Below the pieces are notes generated by a model. The model made no database searches. It was given only the letters and a program-made list of their open reading frames with translations, and was not told the origin of the DNA. Made by a program: the position numbers and the translations under genes. From the NCBI GenBank assembly GCA_963575745.1, contig CAUYUJ010000218.1:62001-116747 (forward strand): 54,747 nucleotides of DNA. The letters run 5' to 3'. Within the stretch, counting starts at the first letter, position 1; every line of letters begins with the position of its first letter. The DNA is from Prorocentrum cordatum (Eukaryota). Below, piece by piece: positions 37,231 to 47,921 of the stretch.

Positions 37231-39298
37231 GGCTCCGGAAATCGTTGCCCGAATCTCGGGTGCCAGGCAAGCTCTGAGACCGATCAGAGCGACTGTGGCC
37301 AAACGACAGGCTCTGAGTCAGAAGGCCCGCGTCACTCTCAGCGAAGCCCTTTCCTCTTCTGTTTTGCTCTTTGCTGCCTGCACGTGGGATCCGCTCTCCG
37401 CGCTTCTCTTGCAGAAGGTCCAGGCCGCTCATGCCATGGTTTATCGTGCGGCTCTCGGACTTCCCAAGAGCAACAGCAACAATTTCCAGGTTGCGTACCA
37501 AGACATCATCTCTAGAGTTGAACGGCTTCCCATAAGCGTTGTTTTGTCCGTCGCCAGGCTCAGGTACTTGCTTCGTGTCTCGCTTCCCGACAGGGCCCCT
37601 CCTGTTCTCAGGCTGCTCCTGGACACTCTCTGGGACGTTACTGGCTCCTGGGGGGCCCTTGTTCGTCAGGACCTTCAGTGGCTTGATCAACGCTCTTGTC
37701 CCGCTGAACGACCCGAGGGTGATGTCTTTCAGGGGTGGATTCACAAGCTCATAGGTGATCCTAGAGGCTTCAGAACTGCCCTCAACGCTGCCATTAGGAG
37801 CGCCATCTTCGTTCAGAGGCAAGAGGGTCAGAGGCATCAGTGGTCTAAAAAGCTTGATTTCATCATAGCTGGGACGATCGCTGCCGCCCCGCCGCCGCCG
37901 CCGCCTGCCTCCTTTCTCTGCTATGAGTGCGGGTATACGCATCCTTCGCTTCGCCAGCTCCGTATCCATCGCACCAAGTATCACAAGTCCCAGGATACCC
38001 CCGAGCTGTGCGTCGTTGGACACGTGTGTCAGACTTGTCTCCAGGATTTTCGTGATAATGCTCGTCTGCTCAAGCACATACACAGGCGTGAAATTTGCAG
38101 ACAGAGCATGATTCAGTGGCAGGCCACGCACCCGCTCCCGAGAGAAACCATCCTGGAGCAGATCCTCGAACGCAAAAAGCAGCACAGCAAGAATCGGTCG
38201 TTTGGCAGGCAGGACAACTTTGCGAGTCTCCCAGTCGTCAGACTCCGGGGACCCGCCCTCCCCACCGCCACCCTCGTTCAACAGGCTGCTGTCCATCTCC
38301 CTCTCGCCCCGCAGGAGGAGGCCCCCCCCCCCCCTCTTGAGGGACTGCGACCCCAAGCCCCGCCCGCGCAACCGCAGGGATATGTTTTGCATCTCTTCTC
38401 TGGTCATCGCAGGGAGCAGGATGTCCAGCGCCATGTTGAAGAGTTGTTGCAGCAGCATGCCATGCGCATCTACGTACTCAGCATCGACGTGGCGCACTCT
38501 GCTACCAAAGGGGATCTCACCGATCCCGAGACGGTGGGTCTTTGGTTGAACCTTGTGGCCCAGGGACGCGTCTTGGGAGTGCTGGGAGGACCGCCGTGTG
38601 AAACATGGAGCGCGGCTCGCCACCTTCCATGCGAGGGTACCACTCGGCCCCCCCGACCCGTCAGGTCTCCCGATCAGCTCTGGGGCCTGCCCTACCTGAG
38701 GCCCCGTGAGGCGGAACAGGTGGGTCTCGGCAACTCGTTGCTTCAGACGATGATACTGTTCATGTATCAGTGTTGGAGGTACTCAGTTCCTTGTATCATG
38801 GAACATCCCGCCCCGCGCGACCCCAGGTCTGGCATCCCCTCTTCTTGGCTTCTCCCCGAAATGGTCAGGCTTGCCCGATTGCCCCATGTGCAGGCTGTCG
38901 ACATTGATCAGTGTCAGTTTGGCAGCCCATCCCTCAAGCCCACGTGGCTTCTCTCGGTCCACTGTCCTGCGCTTCGGGGGCTCACGGACTGCAGGCCTCG
39001 GAGAGGCCGTTGTGGGGGATGCGCCCACGTGGCGCTCCTTGGGCTTAACGGCGATCGTTCCTGGGCGACTGGTCGTGCGAAGGTCTATCCTAGCGCCCTC
39101 TGCCGTCTTCTCGCCTCCTTTCTGCTTGCTGATATTCATCGCAATTTCACCAGCGCGCGCAGCGCTTTGACCGAGTGGGATTTGCCTGAATGGGCGGCGG
39201 CTTTCCACGTGCCGCTCGACCCCTACGTTCAGCATCAGATGGCGGATGACTGCATGGCTCATGGGCCTCCCAACTACCCTCGCGGTAGCCAGGGCTAG
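37210..39298 (+). CDS. ORF2 C-terminus: post-RT region, two C2H2-type zinc fingers and a C5 DNA methyltransferase domain (~38381-39130)
   Basis: Fingers CYEC-x12-H-x4-H and CQTC-x12-H. DNMT motifs LHLFSG (I), LSIDV (II), GDL (III), GGPPC (IV, Cys codon 38597-38599), IMEHP (VI), DQCQFG..KPT (VII/VIII) and a terminal YPSALCRLLA. Confidence 0.85.
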
Positions 39299-39428
39299 GC
39301 CTGGGCCCTCCTCCCCCCCCTTCTCTCTCCCTGTGCATGAATTCGCGCTCTGCTCTTTTGTCCTGCTCGGCTTCACCCTTGTACAGGCTACGGACTTCCA
39401 GCCTTACCGATGCGATGCGATGCGATGC

Positions 39429-40385
39429 GAGGAGGAGGAGGAGGAGGAGGAGGAGGAGGAGGAGGAGGAGGAGGAGGAGGAGGAGGAGGAGGAGGAACTC
39501 GCTCGCTCGCTCTCGCCCAGTCTCTCGCCTCCGGTGGGCTACAGCGCACTACTGCGCTGCGCCCTCCGACCCCGCAGCTCGCCGACGGGGCGTCGTGCGC
39601 TCGGAGGGGCGGCGCAGTGGCCGTGCCGCCGCAGGGGGCGCCGCGCGCGGGAGCGGCGCCGCCAGCCCACCGAGGGCCCGTGCCAGACGGGCTCGGCGCT
39701 CTGTGGCGCGGGCCCTGCCGTGACCCCAGCAATGCCGAGGAGGGTGCCAGCACCACGGGGCAGGAGGGAATTGCTGTGCGCCGGCCTCGCTCGGCGATGG
39801 GGCCGCTCGGAGGCGCGGGAGCGGCCCGTGCACACGCCCGGGCCCCGAGCATCGGAGGCCGCCGGCAGGAGGGCCGCACCGACCTCGGCCTGGGCTTCTG
39901 GCCGGGGGCGAGGGGGCCCGCGAGGGCTCCGGCCATCGACGGCCCTGCCCGCAGCCTTGTGACCTCAAGGAGGAGGAGGAGGAGGAGGAGGAGGAGGAGG
40001 AGGAGGAGGAGGAGGAGGAGGAGGAGGAGGAGGGGGAGGGAGGAGGAGGAGGAGGAGGAGGAGGAGGAGGAGGAGGAGGAGGAGGAGGAGGAGGAGGAGG
40101 AGGAGGAGGGGATTCTTTTCTCATGACGACGAAGCGACCCCTCCCGCGAGCGCCGCACACCACTGCAGCAGAGCTGCGCCGCAGCGTGGAAGTGAGGAGC
40201 GCCTGGTGACCAGCGACACACAGTCGCTTTACACGGGCCGATGTTCAGGAGGACGAGGAGGAGGGGGAAGAGGAGGAGGAGGAGGGGGAGGAGGAGGAGG
40301 AGGAGGAGGAGGAGGAGGAGGAGGAGGAGGAGGAGGAGGAGGAGGAGGAGGAGGAGGAGGAGGAGGGAGGAGGAGGAGGAGAGGA
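39429..40385. repeat. (GGA)n tracts with GC-rich islands
   Basis: Runs at ~39429-39496, 39968-40110 and 40247-40385. Confidence 0.95.
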
Positions 40386-41097
40386 TCGGGGCGTGGGCTC
40401 CAGCCAGATCTGCTCCAGCGCCGCCACTGACGAGAGGCGTAGGGAGAGGAGGATGGAGAGGGCCCCTTCTCGTCAGTCCCTCAGGGTATTGGCATCCGTT
40501 CCAACTGCGGGAAGCGCCCCCCCTTGAATGACGAGCGACGGGTTGGCCTGCCGCTCGGGCGATATCCCGTCTTGCAAAAGATCCACCATCGCTCCTCCTA
40601 GCTGGAAGAAGCGCAAAAATGTAGACTGGTCAAGTTCAAGGAGGTGCCGTCCAGCGATAGCCCCTCTTCGACAAGGATCTGCCCTCCATCCGTGCCATTG
40701 GAGCTCCATTTCCTCAAGTTATGGTCACACTGTGGGCGGAAGTGTTCAGCGAGAGCCCCGTTATGAGAAGGGGCATCAGACTGCGCGCGGAAGTCTTCAG
40801 CGAGAGCTCCATTATGTTATGAAGAGGAGCCGCCCCCCATCCGTGCAACTGACACAAAGAGGGAACTCCAGGCCATGGAAATCAAAAGCGTCTCATCACG
40901 TGACGCAAGAGCTGCAAATTGAAAACGAGCCGGCCTCCACCCTTACAGATATGAACTTTGCAAAGCGAAAGCGCGCGGCGCAGAGGCGAACGCCGAACAC
41001 TGGAAACGACCAGCCCGGGTGCCCTGGGGTGCCCAAAGGTGCCCAGGGGTGCCCGGGTGCCCGGGTGCCCAGCAGGTGCCCGGGTGTCCAGGTGCCC

Positions 41098-41440
41098 GGT
41101 AGCCCTATAGCACTAATAGCCCTGCAGCTTTATAGCCCTATTGCCCTATAGCCCAAGAGCCCTATAGCCCTATAGCACTAATAGCCCTGTAGCCCTATAG
41201 CCCTAATAGCCCTGTAACCCTGTAGCACAATAGCCCTATAGCCCAATAGCCCTATAGCCTTATAGCCTTATAACCCTATAGCCCTGTAGCCCTATAGCCC
41301 TATAGCCCTATAGCCTTATAGCGCTATAGCCCTATAGCCCTGTAGCCCTGTAGCCCTGTAGCCCCATAGCCCTGTAGCGCTATAGCCCCAGTAGCCCTAA
41401 AACCCTATAGCCCTATAGCCCCATAACCCTATAGCCCTAA
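41098..41440. repeat. 8-bp tandem repeat (GCCCTATA)n, preceded by CCGGGTGC-type repeats (~41010-41098)
   Basis: Read directly, e.g. gccctatagccctatagccctatagccttata. Confidence 0.9.
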
Positions 41441-41789
41441 AAGGATAATGATAAGGGTTTTTCTCTGGTATCATATATGTTGCAAGGACGTGTCAAATGG
41501 AACGAGCGGCCTGGGCCACGGACACGTCTGGTGGTGCAACAGGGGGGAGTTCCTCCTCGGGAGAAGGACGGGAGGACTCGTGGAGCCCGCTACAGGCGAG
41601 TGGGCGCCTAAGCCCAAGGAGATCTCCCCAAGTTGTGCTCGTTTAGACCGTAGGGTGCCGAAATCCGCGGTGGGCCTTTCGGGGACGGCGGGCTGACCAC
41701 GTCCATCAGCAACCGGTGGCCACCACTAGCCGCCGAACTGTGGACTCTGGTGCGGAAGGATGGGGTTGCCCTTTTGCGGACTTCCCATG

Positions 41790-42610
41790 CGAGGAGGGGG
41801 GGGAAGGAGGAGGAGGAGGAGGAGGACGAGGAGGAGGAGGAGGAGGAGCGCAGCGTAGGGGTGAGGTGCCTCCGACCGACCACTGTGCTCAGCTCAACAG
41901 CTGAGCACACTTCTCCACACTCGAGTAACTGGCTACACCAGTGACCAGAGCGGGGGACAGAGAAGCACGGGCGGCGGCAGCAGGCGGCGAGGCGGGCGGG
42001 GGGCGCCTGCCTCGGGCGAAGGAGGAGGAGGAGGAGGAGGAGGAGGACGAGGAGGAGGAGGAGGAGGAGGAGGAGGAGGAGGGGAGGAGGACGAGGAGGA
42101 GGAGGAGGGGGAGGAGGGGGATACTCCTGGATCCTAATGCCAGCAGCAGCAGGAGGAAGAGGAGGAGGAGGAGGTGGAGGAGGGGTCAGGAGCAGAGGAG
42201 CAAGAGCAGGACGAAGCGCGCCAAGTGCAGGCGGAACGAGGGAGCGCAGGGGCGACGGACGAGGAGCAGAGTGGCAGAAGCGGCGCGGACTCTGGGGCCG
42301 CCGGGCATCCCCGCTGGCCTGTGAGCATGATAGGGGAAAAATAGGGGAAACTTCCCGCGACCCAGGAGGAGGAGGAGGAAGGGAACGAGGATGAGGAGAA
42401 GGACGAGGAGGAGGAGGAGGAGGAGGAGGAGGAGGAGGAGGAGGAGGAGGAGGAGGAAGAAGAGGGCGGAGGAGGAGGAGGACGAGGAGGAGGACGAGGA
42501 GCAGGAGGAGGAGGAGGAGGAGGAGGAGGAGAAGGCGGAGGAGGAGGAGGCGGAGGAGGAGGCGGAGGAGGGAGGAGGTGGAGGAGGAGGAGGAGGAGGC
42601 GGAGGAGGAC
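41790..42610. repeat. (GGA)n tracts
   Basis: Read directly. Confidence 0.9.
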
Positions 42611-42949
42611 CAGTGTAAACCTAAGAGTCATCAGCGATGTTGGAGTAAGCCCTCCCTCCAAGCTCCCTCTTCACAGGCACCTTCAACGGTTCATTTCCAT
42701 TGATGGAAGTGTCTCGTTAGAAGAAACCTGTTCGACGACCCTGTAACATCACAGATCAACCAACCTTATTGTTGCGTCTTGACGATTCTGAATCGCACCA
42801 GAACGCCATTCCTAGGACTTCAACACAGAGAACCAACGTAACTGCTGCACCCGCATAATCCCGAATCCCTCCAAAACGCAATTGTTGGCACGTTGATGAT
42901 GGGAACCCTTGAAGCTCAAGCAATTTTGTCGAGAAAGACTGTGCGCGGC

Positions 42950-43510
42950 GATAAAGCGAGAGCCACATTTTGAAAAGGAACCGCCCTCAATCCATGAAGC
43001 TCTTGTTGCAATTGTTTAAAAAGGAATGTGCGCGTCGCGAAGGCGAGAGCCACAATGTCACAACCACTCGCCTCAATCCGTGAAACTCTTGCAAATGTTT
43101 AAAACGAATGTGCGCGGCGCCAAGGCGAGAGCCACATTTTGAAAACAACTCGCCTTCAATCCTTGCAACTCTCGCAATGTGTTAAAACGAGTGCGCGCCG
43201 CGCTCAGGCGAAAGCCACATGTTGAAAACCACCCGCCCTCAATCAGTGAAACTCCCGCAACTGTTTAAAACGAGTGCGCGCCGCGCTAAGGCGAGAGCCA
43301 CAATTTGAAAACCACCCGCCCTCAATCCGTGAAACCCTTGCAAATGTTAGAAAAGAATGTGCGCTAAAGCGAGAGCCACATTTTGAAAACCACTCGCCCT
43401 CAATCCGTGAAACTCTTGCAACTTTTCTTGTCAAGAAAAACGAATGTGCGAAGCGCTAAGGCGAGAAGCACATTTTGAAAACTACCCGCGCTCCATCTGT
43501 GAAACTGTTG
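42950..43510 (+). repeat. Tandem array of ~7 diverged ~83-bp units inside a dispersed repeat (42660-43570)
   Basis: gcgagagccacattttgaaaa...cgccctcaatccgtgaaactcttgcaa recurs at ~42960, 43047, 43129, 43212, 43295, 43373 and 43465. Confidence 0.85.
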
Positions 43511-43742
43511 CCACTGTCTGAGCTTCAGAATCATAACTGGTGAGAAAGTCTCAGGCGAAACGCCCGGCCCTAAAAACTGACCTCGGGGTGCGACAGGGAG
43601 AAATTTGTTAGGAGAAAAAGAAATGGAGGAGGAGGACGAGGAGGACGAGGAGGAGGACGAGGAGGAGGAGGAGGAGGAAGAGAAGGAGGAGGATTCGGAT
43701 TCGGATTCGGAACGATTGCGAAGCAATATCGACAAGACCACA

Positions 43743-46700
43743 CTACCTGGGAGCCAGACCGCGCTGGAGGCGACTCAGGTACTCCCGCCTCTTCTTGGTT
43801 ATAGATCTGGGATTGCAGGGTGCGCCCAAGGCCCGCAACTGTTGCTGGCCGATGGCACCACACTCGAAACAGATCCAAACACGCTGCTTGGTATGAAACC
43901 TCATCCTATGTCCAGGGAAAACCAATCCTCCACCTATGTGCACTCGACTCTGGGGGGGAGGCTGAAGGAAGTCCCCCGAGGCAGGCAAAAGAGGGTGGCA
44001 CGGTGTGCCTAGCCAGCGGGTGCGGCCCGCCTTAGTGCACCTGCCGTAGCACTTCTGGCAGGACTGCCCGTCGTCGGCCAGCTGGTGCTTGGACCCGAAA
44101 AGGGCCAGCGCAGCGGGCGAGGGCGGCGGCGGAGGAGGAGGCGGGGGAGGGGGAGAGGGAAAGGGCGCAGCAGCAGCAGCAGCTCGCTCAGAACGCCGTG
44201 TTTCAGCATGCTTGCAGCGGTCAGCCTCGATCGCCTCCAGCGTAGACCTCATCAAACGTTTTCTGATAAGAGCTGCTTTTCTCTCAACGTCGTGAACTTG
44301 GAACCTCTGAACTTCAGGAACTCTGAAACGAAGGGCCATCTCACCTGCGAGAAAATCTGCAATAGTATTGCCCGAGACCATCCACCCTTGAACCCGCCTC
44401 CGAAGGATTTCGCGAGGACTGAGATGAGAAGGAACCTGCAGCACTGCAACATGCTCATGGACACGTTGGGCCATGAGCTCACCTACGAGACGCCATAGAT
44501 CTGCCATCTCTCCTTGTGGTCGAAGCCACTTCTTATCCCAAAACCCGCGGACGACTTCTTCGTTGTCTGAAACGTAGACGACGACACCACGAGTAAACCG
44601 TAACGTGATAATGAACGCATATAACTCACCTCGGGGAACAGTTTGAGGGGAACCAGGGAGAGGGCCAGAGACAGAGGTGGTGGCGATGAAAGGAGTGAAA
44701 CCGTCAACTCTGACGATGGCGAGGGCCACACGTCGCAGCCGAGGGTCTCGACCATCTGGGCCTCCAGAGGCATCACCACATACATCTACTGGATCCTGTA
44801 AAGTCCCAGTGCCCAAACTACCTTCCCCGAGGGCCCCAATCCCAGTGGCGGACCAAAGCTCACTGCTAGTGGGGGGGTCGACCGATGTCCACTGCCGAGG
44901 GATGATCCCCCTGAACCAGAAGCAAGCATGGGCCTCTCCCTGGGACATCGCCTCAGGAATGAGGCCCTCGGACTGACTGTAAGCCTCGTGGTTGCAGTTC
45001 TTCGGACAAAGCCAATAGCGATGACGAGGGGTTTCAGCACTGGCACGACACCGTGGGCATAAACCAGAATCGGAAAGACCTTCACCTTTCTTCCTGGCCT
45101 GCAACCACGAGCCACCTACCGATATGCTAAGCAAAAGCTCCGCGAGTTGTCGCCCCCGTGGAGCATCTTGGAGCTGCCGCAGCAGAAACCGAAGACTGCG
45201 ATTGTCGGCGCCGTCCTCCAAACCTGCGCCGCAAAAGTGATTGGCAGCTTGTTGCCATTGGCGAGTCTGAAGGGCGTCTATAAACTCTTGCATCATGCCT
45301 CGCGTCTGGTCGAGACCGACCAGCTGAGCAGTATTGAAATTCCATGTGAAATCTGGCGTGCCGTCGCTCGATGGCCCATGCCATTGATCAGGAGAGACTG
45401 GATCCCACCCCACAAGCATGAGCTGATGTACGAGGGCAGAAACAGGACCTCGAATATGGCGTGTGCGCACGTGCGGACTCAACTGCTGCATGTGCTGATA
45501 AATCAAGGGCCAGGCTCTCCTGGTACCTGCGCGACAAGACGGGAAAAAGATCCAGGCATGTAACCACTGACGCAAACAACTGGCAGGCACACGCACCCCT
45601 GGATCTTGACCTGGAGACCGAATATCAAGAACCGAAGTAATACAGCGGCCCCGTTTGTTGGCCCCAACCACAGACGCAAGACGACGGCGGAGCCCCAGGA
45701 GATGAGACCCGAAAACTTCATAGACTTGAGCCCCATAGGTGGCACCAGCTTGGGGACCTGCAAGTTCGACTTTCTTGGTGACGACGTACCTCTTAGAAAC
45801 GTGTGCAAAACGACGTAGCTTATGATTCTGCTTAGTAGCCTTGACAACTCTCTGCCTCCGAGTGGCACGCGCTTGACGTCTGCCAGCACCGCCATGTGCC
45901 TGCAGAACAGCTGCCAGATGGACCCCACGAGACTTCAAATTGCGAACCGTGCGCTTGGCCACCTGGTGGTCAGAGCTCAGGACGACCGACTTGGACGCCA
46001 TGGTGAGCTCCTGGTCTTTAAACAGAACATCTAGATCGGCAATGCCTTCGGTGAGAGAAAGCTCGGCGTGCTTCTTAGAGGCGACGATGGACATGTACAG
46101 ATCGTCAACCCATATTCGCTCACTCATTATAGGGTGCATCGTCGCCATGGTTTCAAGGATGAAATACGTCAAACATCTTCCAAACCTGGTGCCGTTACGA
46201 CAACCCTGAATGATACTCTGAGTGGGTTGAAAGCCGAGAGAATGTGCACCCAGCTGAGAAAGAACGCGGGCAGACATACAACTTTGAAGCTCAAGAGCAA
46301 GCAACACTGGGGGAAACCCGAGACGGAGAGCTGCCTGAACTAGTTTACTCCACTTGATAGTGTCGTAGAAAGACTTAATATCAACCACGCCATGAGCATA
46401 GGTAGCACCTAGTTTGTGGGCGACTTCGGCGTCGAGAATCCTCATAAAAGCTTCAACCAGAGGGGAATGTCCTTCGATGGCGGCGCCCCGCTCGGGGACG
46501 GTGTCCCTGGACCACTGTTTGGAGAGATCGTCCCGAGCGAGGCTCCAGAGCCTACAAAACATAGGGAGGATACCGATGACCCTGTCGCCCGAAGACTTCT
46601 TGGGGAGGAGCCTCCCCAAGCATACAAGTAACTGCCACGGCCAAGAAACAGAAGCCTCGATGGCCTCGTAGATGCCAGAGAGTTCTTCCAGAGCGCTGTC

Positions 46701-47921
46701 AGGGTGCCTCTCGAAGTCGATGGGCGTGAGCCTATCGACTCCGAGTCCAGCCTTGGACTTCATCTTCTCAAGGGCCCCGCGGAGCTGAGGAACAAAAAGG
46801 GGAACCAGATCTTCAACTTGAGCAGCGGACCTGACGACTTCAAAAACCTCCTGAGCCTCTCCGAAGTTAAACTCCTCTGGAGCCCATAGAGAGTGATACT
46901 GCTTCACTTTGGCATCTACGATGTCCGACGGGTGGAAGAGACGCTTGCCATCCACGCACAGCTCGTCGGAAGCCTGAGGAGCGGCACGCAGGGAGCGATG
47001 CACGGCGCCCATCGCGGACTCTTGGACGATCCAGTCCTGGAAGTCCCGAAGAGAGGCCTGAACAGCCCTACGCTTGGCACGTTGTGATATCTTGCTGGCT
47101 TGTACATGCATGTCTTCAAGTATTTTAATATCAATAGTGCTGATATCCTGTAGGTAATGCAACCAACGCTCCCAAGAAAACTTATGCTTACCATGAATAA
47201 GGATGGTATGAGCCCCTTCAGGTATATCATTGACTAAACGCAGAGCGACTGAGGCGAGTGAGGCAATCTGCTGCAGACCATTCTGTCGCGAACGGTGCCG
47301 ACAACATCTCAAAAGGACCGTGTGCAAGCGACACCACCATGCTGCAACATAATCGGAGATAGGCGCCCCGCGAAGATGCTCAGCTTTGCGCGCGACATGC
47401 TGGACTAGATGCGGACCGACAGCACGTGATGCGCCCTGCTGCAACTCTCCCCCATGATGAACCAGAACAGATTTTTCGACAGACTTGACCCAAGACGCGT
47501 AAAGCCCGCTGATGTGTAGAATGTGGGGCCCTCCGATATGATACGCGCCCGATTCCCGAACAACAGGCCAGACATCGTCAGCAACTTGATGCGTGTAGCC
47601 AACTTCGTGCCGCTGCTGCTGCCACACATGAGGGGGGGTGGAGAAGGAGGGGGAACTGTCAACAGGCTCGGTGCCCTGGGACCTCCCCTCAGCCTCCAAA
47701 AAACGGCCGGCGCCACTAGGTGGGGACCCTGGATTTTCATCATGCGCGAGTGGTGACTGCACAGCAGGAGCACTAGTAGACCATTGAACGTCTTGGGCCC
47801 AAGGATCGGGCTCTTCGTCCCAATCTGCCAGAGCCTGAGAGTTAAAAGGGTCTGTGGGGTCCTCGGGGCTGCTACTGCACTCCTCATCCACCTGTACCTG
47901 GGAGGGCCTGAGAAGATCCCC
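43743..47921 (-). CDS. LINE ORF2, RT-CCHC-RNase H part
   Basis: RT motifs KAGLGVD, RVIGILP, VDIKSFYDTI, IIQGC and IWVDD (~46101-46115). Zinc knuckle CPRC..ETPRHRYWLC. RNase H motifs CGDASGG, QTVPRGEL, VSDNEEV, VPSH and GNTIADFLA. C-terminal CQKC and CFECG. Confidence 0.9.
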   Translation of the reverse strand, partial: GDLLRPSQVQVDEECSSSPEDPTDPFNSQALADWDEEPDPWAQDVQWSTSAPAVQSPLAHDENPGSPPSGAGRFLEAEGRSQGTEPVDSSPSFSTPPHVWQQQRHEVGYTHQVADDVWPVVRESGAYHIGGPHILHISGLYASWVKSVEKSVLVHHGGELQQGASRAVGPHLVQHVARKAEHLRGAPISDYVAAWWCRLHTVLLRCCRHRSRQNGLQQIASLASVALRLVNDIPEGAHTILIHGKHKFSWERWLHYLQDISTIDIKILEDMHVQASKISQRAKRRAVQASLRDFQDWIVQESAMGAVHRSLRAAPQASDELCVDGKRLFHPSDIVDAKVKQYHSLWAPEEFNFGEAQEVFEVVRSAAQVEDLVPLFVPQLRGALEKMKSKAGLGVDRLTPIDFERHPDSALEELSGIYEAIEASVSWPWQLLVCLGRLLPKKSSGDRVIGILPMFCRLWSLARDDLSKQWSRDTVPERGAAIEGHSPLVEAFMRILDAEVAHKLGATYAHGVVDIKSFYDTIKWSKLVQAALRLGFPPVLLALELQSCMSARVLSQLGAHSLGFQPTQSIIQGCRNGTRFGRCLTYFILETMATMHPIMSERIWVDDLYMSIVASKKHAELSLTEGIADLDVLFKDQELTMASKSVVLSSDHQVAKRTVRNLKSRGVHLAAVLQAHGGAGRRQARATRRQRVVKATKQNHKLRRFAHVSKRYVVTKKVELAGPQAGATYGAQVYEVFGSHLLGLRRRLASVVGANKRGRCITSVLDIRSPGQDPGVRVPASCLRQWLHAWIFFPSCRAGTRRAWPLIYQHMQQLSPHVRTRHIRGPVSALVHQLMLVGWDPVSPDQWHGPSSDGTPDFTWNFNTAQLVGLDQTRGMMQEFIDALQTRQWQQAANHFCGAGLEDGADNRSLRFLLRQLQDAPRGRQLAELLLSISVGGSWLQARKKGEGLSDSGLCPRCRASAETPRHRYWLCPKNCNHEAYSQSEGLIPEAMSQGEAHACFWFRGIIPRQWTSVDPPTSSELWSATGIGALGEGSLGTGTLQDPVDVCGDASGGPDGRDPRLRRVALAIVRVDGFTPFIATTSVSGPLPGSPQTVPRGELYAFIITLRFTRGVVVYVSDNEEVVRGFWDKKWLRPQGEMADLWRLVGELMAQRVHEHVAVLQVPSHLSPREILRRRVQGWMVSGNTIADFLAGEMALRFRVPEVQRFQVHDVERKAALIRKRLMRSTLEAIEADRCKHAETRRSERAAAAAAPFPSPPPPPPPPPPPSPAALALFGSKHQLADDGQSCQKCYGRCTKAGRTRWLGTPCHPLLPASGDFLQPPPQSRVHIGGGLVFPGHRMRFHTKQRVWICFECGAIGQQQLRALGAPCNPRSITKKRREYLSRLQRGLAPR

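Larger units (their letters stand above)
25915..39430 (+). mobile_element. Non-LTR retrotransposon carrying a cytosine-5 DNA methyltransferase (ORF1; ORF2 = RNase H, EN, RT, C2H2 ZnF, DNMT); disrupted copy
   Basis: Domain motifs lie co-linearly on one strand. (CGATG)4 tail at 39408-39430, (GGA)n on both flanks, no LTRs. Confidence 0.85.

Noticed and set aside
36080..39298. Bacterial retron, group II intron or restriction-modification locus (RT plus MTase)
   Set aside because: The APE endonuclease, ORF1, C2H2 fingers and 3' tandem tail identify a eukaryotic LINE.
40473..40709. Possible transposon or recombinase C-terminal fragment
   Set aside because: No diagnostic motif could be recognised.
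41098..41440. True telomeric array
   Set aside because: The unit is an 8-mer, not canonical TTTAGGG, and it is interstitial.
42950..43510. Spliced-leader gene array (gccacattttg resembles gccattttgg)
   Set aside because: Lacks CCGTAG and GGCTCAAG; the similarity is too short.
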